Shown: one piece after another, positions 19,775 to 27,292 of the stretch
Layout of the letters: each line of letters starts with the position of its first letter
How positions within the stretch are numbered: position 1 is the first letter of the stretch
Assembly: GCA_964448055.1 (NCBI GenBank)
Contig: CAYUVB010000001.1
Location: forward strand, 45,436-102,848
Direction: 5' to 3'
DNA length: 57,413 nucleotides
Origin: an uncultured Desulfurococcales archaeon
GTDB lineage: Archaea > Thermoproteota > Thermoprotei_A > Sulfolobales > WANQ01
The notes under the pieces: model-generated
What the model was told of the DNA's origin: nothing
What the model saw: the letters and a program-made list of their open reading frames with translations, nothing else
Database searches by the model: none
Program-made: the position numbers and the translations under genes

Positions 19775-19838
19775 AGCTCAGCGAAGGGCGATTGCTCCAC
19801 ACAAAATATTCGGTGAGGGAAAGCATCATCATTGCCAC
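19775..19838 (-). ncRNA. candidate C/D box guide sRNA
   Basis: The minus strand reads GGCA-AUGAUGA(C)-UGCUUUCCCUCA(12 nt)-CCGA(D' variant)-AUAUUUUG-UGUGGA(C' variant)-guide-CUGA(D)-GCU. It sits in a GC-enriched island in an AT-rich spacer. A short terminal GGC/GCU pairing is possible. Confidence 0.5.
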
Positions 19839-19918
19839 ATGTACGGGATCGCCCCCGGCCCGACGCCTTCATAGCCCAGGTTCGGGCTCGAAGAGTGATA
19901 CGCGAGGGGGCTCGCTCA
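19839..19918 (-). ncRNA. GC-rich structured RNA element of unknown class, directly 5' of the C/D candidate
   Basis: Nested perfect helices GCCCCC/GGGGGC and GCCCGA/UCGGGC. GC content is far above background. A TATA-like ATATTATAGATA (minus strand, 19924-19935) lies about 25 nt upstream of the outer helix. Strand and class are uncertain. Confidence 0.3.
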
Positions 19919-20042
19919 TCTCCTATCTATAATATGGAGTTAACATTCCTTAAAAGCAACATCGTCTTTAGAATACTATAAACTATAAATTATTGAGGAA
20001 CATTGTTGAATTAATTCCTGGAACATTTTGAGATGAAAGAAA

Positions 20043-20117
20043 TGTCCCCCGCTTGACCGACCACCATCATCCTCATCCCCCATATTGGGGTTTCAGGTGG
20101 TGTGAGACCAGCGGGGG
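20043..20117 (-). ncRNA. H/ACA box guide sRNA (single hairpin)
   Basis: Minus strand: 8-bp lower stem CCCCCGCU/AGCGGGGG, then an internal pocket of 9 nt (GGUCUCACA) and 7 nt (UCGGUCA). Above it are a 5-bp upper stem CCACC/GGUGG, a GA-rich asymmetric loop (UGAAA / AUGAGGAUGAU) and an apical CCCC/GGGG stem. ACA follows the lower stem immediately. ACA lies 15 nt from the top of the pocket, as in canonical archaeal H/ACA RNAs. Confidence 0.65.
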
Positions 20118-20246
20118 CTATTTACATAATACTCTTCATGGGTTTATTAGTCTTATAGTCTTAACCTATAACATACTTATAGCTCTGTACTAAGATATAC
20201 TTGTACGAGAATAAAAGGATAGATTGATGGTGGGGATTGATCATAC

Positions 20247-20642
20247 TTGACAACTAAACTATTCTGTGAGGTATATGTGAAATGTATACTTCCAGCATTC
20301 CGTGCACTTGTAGCTAAGATCATGGTTAAAGAATATGGTTTATCTCAACTTGATGCAGCTAAAATACTCGGTGTAACCCAGGCCTCAATAAACTACTACT
20401 TGTCTGGTAAGAGAGGTCAGAAAGTATTAGCAGAACTTGAACTTATAGATGAAGTACGTAGAATCGCTAATGAAATAGCTAGAAGGCTTATAGAAGAAAG
20501 GAGGCTAGACCCTACAGATTATTTTTGTGGACTATGTATGTTATTGAAGAATAATGAATCTCTGCTTACTAGTGTGCTAAAGGTTATTGGCGTATCAAGT
20601 GTTAGGGTAAGTCCTTCCAGGATTATTAGTGCTCAACACTGA
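20247..20642 (+). CDS. HTH-type transcriptional regulator (XRE/COG2522-like)
   Basis: 131 aa with the helix-turn-helix LSQLDAAKILGVTQASINYYLSGKRG. TTG start with an ATAAAAGG TATA-like box about 30 nt upstream. Confidence 0.6.
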   Translation: MTTKLFCEVYVKCILPAFRALVAKIMVKEYGLSQLDAAKILGVTQASINYYLSGKRGQKVLAELELIDEVRRIANEIARRLIEERRLDPTDYFCGLCMLLKNNESLLTSVLKVIGVSSVRVSPSRIISAQH

Positions 20643-20795
20643 TAGTGCTATAAGCATTAATGAGACGGGGGTCTATCTTTGCTCCTTGATATTATAGAAA
20701 GAGGTAAACATTAATAAACTATTTAGACTCTTACCTTAATTTAATGAGCGGGGATAACGTTAGTGCGAGACTTTTATAGTGAGGAATAGATAATT

Positions 20796-21362
20796 ATGTC
20801 TAAACATAGATTACTCATAATACTATCAGTATTGGTACCAATGTTACTTGTAACTATTGCAACAGTAGTAATTGTTGCTGGGACGAATGAATATCGTATT
20901 CCTGTAATGATTGATGGTCATTACGTTGAAGATAAAAACTTAATACATATACGTGGACTAATAGACATGAATATATATTTACCGGGATATCGTAGCTCTA
21001 TATACAGTATACAAGGTGAAGCTAATACATCAATAACCACTCTTACGGGTACCGCACAAGGTAAAGCGCTCAACCCTAAAAGTGGTGCAACAATACTAAC
21101 ATTCAGTAGTAGTTTCGTGTATGTATCAGCAACAAGTTATTGGTCTATATCCATTGCAGGCCTCCTATACATTTTAGGGATATTTGCTGGTATAGCTGGG
21201 ACAGGAGCGTTAATCTACAAAGGTAAAGACACTGAAATATACTTAGCGTTAATACCATTGATGATAGCAATAATGAGCTTTGCTTTAGCATTACTGTTAG
21301 CTAAAATGACTGGCAGTATAATGCCCATAGGTGGTAGAGGAGGCGGAAGCAGCTTAACATAA
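20796..21362 (+). CDS. membrane protein (N-terminal anchor, extracytoplasmic domain, two C-terminal TMs)
   Basis: 188-aa ORF, first gene of a tightly spaced plus-strand run. Confidence 0.5.
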   Translation: MSKHRLLIILSVLVPMLLVTIATVVIVAGTNEYRIPVMIDGHYVEDKNLIHIRGLIDMNIYLPGYRSSIYSIQGEANTSITTLTGTAQGKALNPKSGATILTFSSSFVYVSATSYWSISIAGLLYILGIFAGIAGTGALIYKGKDTEIYLALIPLMIAIMSFALALLLAKMTGSIMPIGGRGGGSSLT

Positions 21363-21363
21363 T

Positions 21364-23001
21364 ATGCTTATTAGCTTAATAGCAGAAGTTATCTGGTGGG
21401 AGTATAAGGTAATGCTTAATGCCACTAGGAGAATAGCATTAGTACTGATAATAATACTATTGTTTTCTAATATTTTGTGTTCAACTGGTATTCAAAGACA
21501 TGGCGAAGATGTAGGTTCTATACCATTAATCATAACCATAGATGATTACAAGGAAACTATTAAATCATTTTACGGCATTATAAACAATACATCAATATCA
21601 AGTAGTCTTCTAAGATTGCTAGCACTAAGTACAAGTATTACGAATAATACCTCCTTAAAGCTAACTAGCATACTACTGAACATTACTTCTAAGTTAAGAA
21701 AAATGTTATTGGAAAATCCAAATCCATTAATAAGCCGTTATGATTATACTCGCCTTGCTCTGGTTTTAAGCGTTGTAGATTACTATAATGGTTCATTAAT
21801 AGTAGATCCATTATTGTTTATAAAACTACTTAAATCTTATGAAAAAGCTCGTCAGCACTACATTCTAGAAAGCATAAGGACTAGGGATCCAGAACTAGCG
21901 ATATTAATAGAGAACTACCTTAAGCTAGCTCAATCAAATAATACGACGAGTTCGAATAAGCTGCTCGCTATTATAAGAAGTAAAGTAAAAGAATACGTGG
22001 AAAAAGGGAACCTAGATATTATCCCACTTGTAGTAGAGGTGCTAAAACAAGGTATTAGTGATATATTTATCGTTGATAGGGTAGTGTTTGCCGAATACGT
22101 AAATAATACATCAATCCTTCTAGAGAAGCAAGGCTTTATCGATATAGCTAGGAGATTACGTAGGATAGCTTCTCAACTTTATGGAGGATTTGTTGTTAAA
22201 GCTTGGAGAGATCTTAAATTACTTCAAGAAGAAGTTCTAAAACTTAACATAACGCTTACACAGGACTTAGCCTTCAAGTTAGCATCAATATTAGCAGTTA
22301 CCAGTATTACATATGATAGAATATACATAAACTTAAAGAACAAACCCGGTATCATTCAAACCATAGCTAATATCCTCATGTTGAGAGACTATACTCTTCG
22401 TAGAAAAATATATGAAACAATAATATTAGGATCTAGCCTTAAGCATTTTCCCTCCAATAAAGAGCAAACTGTTGATATAACAAGCTTTATGATTTCCCAA
22501 GTGCTTATGGAATCCAGCTCTGGTAGTCTTGAACTCCTTAGTCTAAGACAGCCATTACCAGTGAATTATCGTATAGAAGAAAATATGGTGGTTAAGCCTA
22601 TAGAGAATACAAGTACAATTCTTATAATTATAGTATCAAGCATGGGTATGCTTGCTATATTAATTCATAGTATTTTGGAAACATCTAAGCCTATACGCAA
22701 GATAGGAGAAAAGATAAGCCAAGGATACAAACCCAGTATATCATTTGAAGGCGCTAAAGCAAGAATTGTTGAAGCATATATCAAGGCTCTCTTACTATTA
22801 GAAGCTAAAGGTCATGGAAGAAAACCTTGGGAAACACCAAGGGAGCATCTTAATAGAATAAAGTCTATACCCTGCTATGAAGGGTTTAAGCGAATTGTAG
22901 AATACTATGAGGAAACCGTTTTTTCAGACCATGACATGAGGCTAAATGTAATCGATGAAGTTTACCACTACCTCAAAATGGTTGAAGAAAGTTGCGGCTA
23001 A
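21364..23001 (+). CDS. bitopic membrane protein with large sequon-rich extracytoplasmic domain and cytoplasmic DUF4129-like tail
   Basis: 545 aa with an N-terminal TM, many NxS/T sequons and a second TM (ILIIIVSSMGMLAILIHSIL). The C-terminal segment EAYIKALLLLEAKGHGRKPWETPREHL...IVEYYEETVFSDHD fits the DUF4129 pattern. Only 1 nt separates it from the upstream gene. Confidence 0.6.
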   Translation: MLISLIAEVIWWEYKVMLNATRRIALVLIIILLFSNILCSTGIQRHGEDVGSIPLIITIDDYKETIKSFYGIINNTSISSSLLRLLALSTSITNNTSLKLTSILLNITSKLRKMLLENPNPLISRYDYTRLALVLSVVDYYNGSLIVDPLLFIKLLKSYEKARQHYILESIRTRDPELAILIENYLKLAQSNNTTSSNKLLAIIRSKVKEYVEKGNLDIIPLVVEVLKQGISDIFIVDRVVFAEYVNNTSILLEKQGFIDIARRLRRIASQLYGGFVVKAWRDLKLLQEEVLKLNITLTQDLAFKLASILAVTSITYDRIYINLKNKPGIIQTIANILMLRDYTLRRKIYETIILGSSLKHFPSNKEQTVDITSFMISQVLMESSSGSLELLSLRQPLPVNYRIEENMVVKPIENTSTILIIIVSSMGMLAILIHSILETSKPIRKIGEKISQGYKPSISFEGAKARIVEAYIKALLLLEAKGHGRKPWETPREHLNRIKSIPCYEGFKRIVEYYEETVFSDHDMRLNVIDEVYHYLKMVEESCG

Positions 23002-23948
23002 CACCCTACATTATAGGATTAATAGTAATAGGTCTTATTGCAGCTCTCCTATCACCTGGAACACTTGTTGAAATAGAATATGCATTACATTATGGAATTC
23101 CCTCAATGTATAATATTGAGTGGAACGGCACGTCAATGCTTGCATCAATATTAACTAGTAATGGTTTTAAGGTAGTTGAAGCATATACTGTAGTAGACCC
23201 CATAATATTAGCCGAGGTCCATAATCCAGAAAGGATAATATATGTTTACATAGCACCGCAGTATCCATTAACCTCTAGAGATGTTAATATAGTTGAGACG
23301 TTAATGAATAAATATGCTTTAAGTTTACTGGTCTGTGATGAAGCCAATACATCCAACATTCTACTATCAAAGTATGGACTATGGGTTTCTGGAAGAATAA
23401 TTTATACAAGCTATGGATCACCTTACCCATTAGCCTACTTCAAAATAGGTAATTATAGCGGCTTATTTGTGCTAAACTATGCTTCAAGTATAGGCTATGC
23501 GGGACATGTGCGAGTAATAGGTGAAACACTTGATGGAGATATAGTAGGAGTTATGTTAAGAAAAGGAGATGACATCGTAGCGGTGATTTCTGATAGTTCT
23601 CTATTCATAAACTTAATGTTATCTAAGTCGACTTCCTACATGAACTATAGTAAACTAGTGGAAGAATTATTTAAGTACTTAACTGGAGGTTCTAGTCCCA
23701 GGAAAACACTTGTTATAATAGACTTAACTCATTATAGTGGACCTAGTCCAAGAAAAATAGCTGAAATTACAGGTAAAGGTTACGCTATTCTTCATCCACT
23801 AGTTATAGTACAATTATTATCTACGTACACTTTGTATGTAGAAGAAGTGATGGTTAGAGAATTAGTAGAAAATTATCCAATTATACTAACATATATCTTC
23901 ATTACGCTCTTATCGCTTCTTGTAATCTACAATATACTTAGACCTTAA
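22992..23948 (+). CDS. DUF4350-like membrane-anchored protein
   Basis: 318 aa with a TTG start overlapping the upstream gene by 10 nt. It has N- and C-terminal TMs and a periplasmic-type alpha/beta domain (NGTSMLASILTSNGFKVVEAY). The DUF4350 call rests on architecture and neighbours. Confidence 0.5.
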   Translation: MRLTPYIIGLIVIGLIAALLSPGTLVEIEYALHYGIPSMYNIEWNGTSMLASILTSNGFKVVEAYTVVDPIILAEVHNPERIIYVYIAPQYPLTSRDVNIVETLMNKYALSLLVCDEANTSNILLSKYGLWVSGRIIYTSYGSPYPLAYFKIGNYSGLFVLNYASSIGYAGHVRVIGETLDGDIVGVMLRKGDDIVAVISDSSLFINLMLSKSTSYMNYSKLVEELFKYLTGGSSPRKTLVIIDLTHYSGPSPRKIAEITGKGYAILHPLVIVQLLSTYTLYVEEVMVRELVENYPIILTYIFITLLSLLVIYNILRP

Positions 23949-24678
23949 GCTTAGCTAGTGCCTCAAATACTATTCTCGAAGCTTTCTCAACTCTAGGTGC
24001 AAGCTCCTTAGCGCCAGCGAAACCACTTGGTTCAACTAAGCTATCACTTACTATGAGCATTGCTGCAGCTTTAAATCCGCGCATAAGGCCTAGTGCAAAT
24101 AATGTAGCACATTCCATTTCAACACAAATTACTCCCCTACTACCCCAGCGCTTAGCGAAATCTGGGTCTTCAGCATAGAAGGCATCGCTACTAAACACTG
24201 GTCCTATGTATATTTTCTCACCTTGTTTCTCAGCTTCCTCTACGAGTAGTTTAGTGAGTTCAAAATCTGGAACAGCAGCCATACTTCCATCCGGTACATA
24301 CATACCAAGAGTAGCACCGCCATGAGGATATGCCGCACCAGTTGCAACAATAAAATCACCTATCTTCAATCCCTTAACCATTGCACCACATGTACCAAGT
24401 CTTATCATAGCTTTTGCTCCAAGCATGAAGAGTTCTTCGAAAACTATTGCAGCTGATGGTGCACCTATGCCATGAGTTGCAACGGTTATTGGTACACCCT
24501 TATATTCTCCCGTATATACTAGGAATCCACGGTTCTCGTTAACTAACCGTGGATTATCTAAGAACTCTACTAATTGTTTTACTCTTGCAGGATCACCAGC
24601 AACAACTACACGTTCAGCTATATCTCCTTTTTTAGCCTTTATATGAACTGGTTCATGAAACACCATAACTAGAACCAC
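23938..24678 (-). CDS. purine/uridine nucleoside phosphorylase, PNP/UDP family 1 (DeoD/MTAP-I type)
   Basis: VVVAGDPARV, GVPITVATHGIGAPSAAIVFEEL, IRLGTCGA and CVEMECATLF are typical family motifs. The true start may be the ATG at 24666. Confidence 0.85.
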   Translation of the reverse strand: MVLVMVFHEPVHIKAKKGDIAERVVVAGDPARVKQLVEFLDNPRLVNENRGFLVYTGEYKGVPITVATHGIGAPSAAIVFEELFMLGAKAMIRLGTCGAMVKGLKIGDFIVATGAAYPHGGATLGMYVPDGSMAAVPDFELTKLLVEEAEKQGEKIYIGPVFSSDAFYAEDPDFAKRWGSRGVICVEMECATLFALGLMRGFKAAAMLIVSDSLVEPSGFAGAKELAPRVEKASRIVFEALAKLKV

Positions 24679-24814
24679 CTCCTCTACAATTTTATCTGTC
24701 CTTCATAAATTAATATATCCTAGTATCTAAGTCTATCCCGAGTAAAGTTTGTAGATATAGTTAATACATAATACTCCTGGTATGATTAACATATGCTAAT
24801 CTGGAGGAAGTAAT

Positions 24815-26089
24815 TTGAATAGAAGTAAGATAGCATACTTTATTCATAAATTTGTGGTAAAAGTATTTGGGCTCACTAATTATGTATTATCAATGAAGCT
24901 TACATTAACTTTAAGTTTAACCCTATTATTTATTCCACTAGCTATAGTCTTTGCTAATAGGGATGTCTACCCGTTTATAGCTGCTTTGCAAATACCTTTA
25001 CTTCTTCTTCCACTTATTATCAAGAATACAATAGATAATACTACTATTTCGGTTACAAGGATAGTGCATAGGGGTGTGGAGAGACATGGAGCAAAAGCTA
25101 GGATTATATTACGTAATAGCTCAAATAATATTGTAAAGATAAGTGTAGAGGAAAGAATTACGGACAAAGTAATTATTAAGCCCAGCAAGCTTGAAGCTCT
25201 TATTGGACCATATGAGGAATCCACCGTAGAATACAACATATATGCTCCGATAGGCAAACATATTCTTAAGCCATCAACCATAGTAGTATATGATCAGATA
25301 GGTCTCATGGGCAAAGAGATAGAGGCAGAAATACTAGGCGACAATGAGGTAAGAATTAAGCCCGAAATAGCTGAGGCAGAAATTCCTAGAGGATCACTAG
25401 TAGTATATCCTGTCATAGGTGAAGGTTTTAGGAGTAGATTACGTGGAGTAGGCTTTGATTTTCAAGGCCTTAGGGAATACACTTATGGTGATCCCGTTAA
25501 ACTAATTGACTGGAAAACTAGTGCTAAATTACAAAAACTTTACATCAAGGAATATGCTATAGAATCAGGTATTCTATTAATACTAGGTCTTATGGTAGAC
25601 GTGGAGGATTTTCAAGGTAAACCTTCAAACTACGAGTTGTTTGCCAGGAGTATTTCCACGATATCATATTACTTACTACTTCGTGGAGCAAGTATTGGTT
25701 TAGCAATAGTATCGCCAGGTAACCTAATAACAGTGCCACCAGGACGTGGACTAAAATACATTGATAGTATACTTAACGCCTTCTCAGAAGTACCCTGGAT
25801 TAAGGATTCAGTTGATATAGCAGGATTCTTTTCCGGGATAACTAAGATGACATTACATCATACTAGGCCGAGAACTCTATTAATATTTGGCGAAGGCTCT
25901 AGGAAATACACTCAAGTAATAGTAGAGAATGTAAGAAAAAGTAGATTGCTCGGACTAAGTGATATCCGTGTAGCAGTATTAAATAATGATAAAATAACAG
26001 GGATGCTTACTAGACTAGGATTTCATGCAGGATCTATAAGTTCTCCTGATGATCTATATGAGTTGCTAAAGTTAGCGGTGATTATGTGA
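24815..26089 (+). CDS. DUF58 domain protein (vWA-like, MoxR-associated family)
   Basis: DUF58 signature LREYTYGDPVKLIDWKTSAKLQKLYIKEY and two N-terminal TMs. The ATG at 24893 (MKLTLTL...) is a likelier start than the TTG at 24815. Confidence 0.7.
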   Translation: MNRSKIAYFIHKFVVKVFGLTNYVLSMKLTLTLSLTLLFIPLAIVFANRDVYPFIAALQIPLLLLPLIIKNTIDNTTISVTRIVHRGVERHGAKARIILRNSSNNIVKISVEERITDKVIIKPSKLEALIGPYEESTVEYNIYAPIGKHILKPSTIVVYDQIGLMGKEIEAEILGDNEVRIKPEIAEAEIPRGSLVVYPVIGEGFRSRLRGVGFDFQGLREYTYGDPVKLIDWKTSAKLQKLYIKEYAIESGILLILGLMVDVEDFQGKPSNYELFARSISTISYYLLLRGASIGLAIVSPGNLITVPPGRGLKYIDSILNAFSEVPWIKDSVDIAGFFSGITKMTLHHTRPRTLLIFGEGSRKYTQVIVENVRKSRLLGLSDIRVAVLNNDKITGMLTRLGFHAGSISSPDDLYELLKLAVIM

Positions 26090-27078
26090 GGTATGTTATC
26101 TTAAAGTTAAGTAGGATAGCGTATCCTTTAATAATGGCCATGGGCGTTTATATAGCTTTAGCTTCTTCTAGGCTTACTCCTTCACCATTACTATTTATTA
26201 TAACTACTACTATAAGTTTAGCACTGGTTCTTGAATCTATTCGTATAGCACTTTTAGATGAAATAGGTCTAGGTGATGTAGGTCTACTAATATTATCAGC
26301 TAACATATTAGGCTTCATAGGTCTACTTGATGAAGTACTAACACTTATGTATTCTTTAGCAATACTATTGGTGTTAATTGATGGATCTAAGGTTTTGTTT
26401 ACTAGAAATGTGTTTAATTTCTTAAAAAGCAATAAGCTGTTAATAATGTTTATGTTAATGTACTTAATTATGGTTTTTGTTATTATCCATTTAGATATTT
26501 TAGCAGTATTAGCTGGCATGCTTGGACTAGAGAGTGTTAGGAGTTTCATAACCTTACTTTTGGCATCTAAGTCTTCATATATGCTTTTGGGTGTACTTAT
26601 AGGGTTGGCATTGGTAGTAATAGCAAATACGGTAATAGTACGTAAGTCAATCAAGGAGTCATTGCATGAGCTAGAACTTAGCTTAGAAAACGAACTGTAT
26701 AGTACAAGTATTGGGCAAGTAATTGTAGTTGAGTTTATGTTGATATTAATAGCATTTATTATTTATCCATTAGTAATCTATTCATTGATGTTGGTGCGGT
26801 TACCTAGTGGCCTACCTTACATAATGGGTGTAATTATATCCTTTATTGTATGGGTTATCCTACGTAAAGCAGTTTATGGGTTAATATCATTAAGTATAGG
26901 TGGGGAAAGCAGAAAGTTAAAGGTGTTATGGGTTACTGTAGGTTGCATTGTATCAATCTATATTATTGTATCTGAGGTTCTCGGCTATGATCTAAGCATA
27001 TTTAATGAAGTATACAAGGGTATAACTAGGTTAGAAATTAAGTCTATAAAATTATTAATAGAATTACTATGGGGTTGA
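26086..27078 (+). CDS. polytopic membrane protein
   Basis: 330 aa with about 8 TMs. The GTG start overlaps the DUF58 stop by 4 nt. Confidence 0.5.
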   Translation: MRYVILKLSRIAYPLIMAMGVYIALASSRLTPSPLLFIITTTISLALVLESIRIALLDEIGLGDVGLLILSANILGFIGLLDEVLTLMYSLAILLVLIDGSKVLFTRNVFNFLKSNKLLIMFMLMYLIMVFVIIHLDILAVLAGMLGLESVRSFITLLLASKSSYMLLGVLIGLALVVIANTVIVRKSIKESLHELELSLENELYSTSIGQVIVVEFMLILIAFIIYPLVIYSLMLVRLPSGLPYIMGVIISFIVWVILRKAVYGLISLSIGGESRKLKVLWVTVGCIVSIYIIVSEVLGYDLSIFNEVYKGITRLEIKSIKLLIELLWG

Positions 27079-27082
27079 CGAT

Positions 27083-27292
27083 TTGGTTAATGGGTCGGCT
27101 AGGATTCCATTAGTACTAGGCATATTCTTGATACTTGTCTCTCTATACTTTTTCTCGATGGGAGTAACACTTGTGTCTAATGGAGATGTTGCTAGTGGTT
27201 TATTGGCTGCTTTAATAGGCTTTGCCTTACTTGCTACTAGTATTACATTAATAAAACTATGGGGTTTAATGAAGATTAAAGGTAAGGAGTAG
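27083..27292 (+). CDS. small two-TM membrane protein
   Basis: 69-aa hydrophobic ORF with a TTG start, directly after the polytopic protein. Confidence 0.3.
   Translation: MVNGSARIPLVLGIFLILVSLYFFSMGVTLVSNGDVASGLLAALIGFALLATSITLIKLWGLMKIKGKE

Noticed and set aside
19839-19918. Possible tRNA or split tRNA in the GC-rich island
   Set aside because: There is no acceptor/T-arm geometry and no GTTCRANYC-type T loop on either strand. The helices do not fit a cloverleaf.
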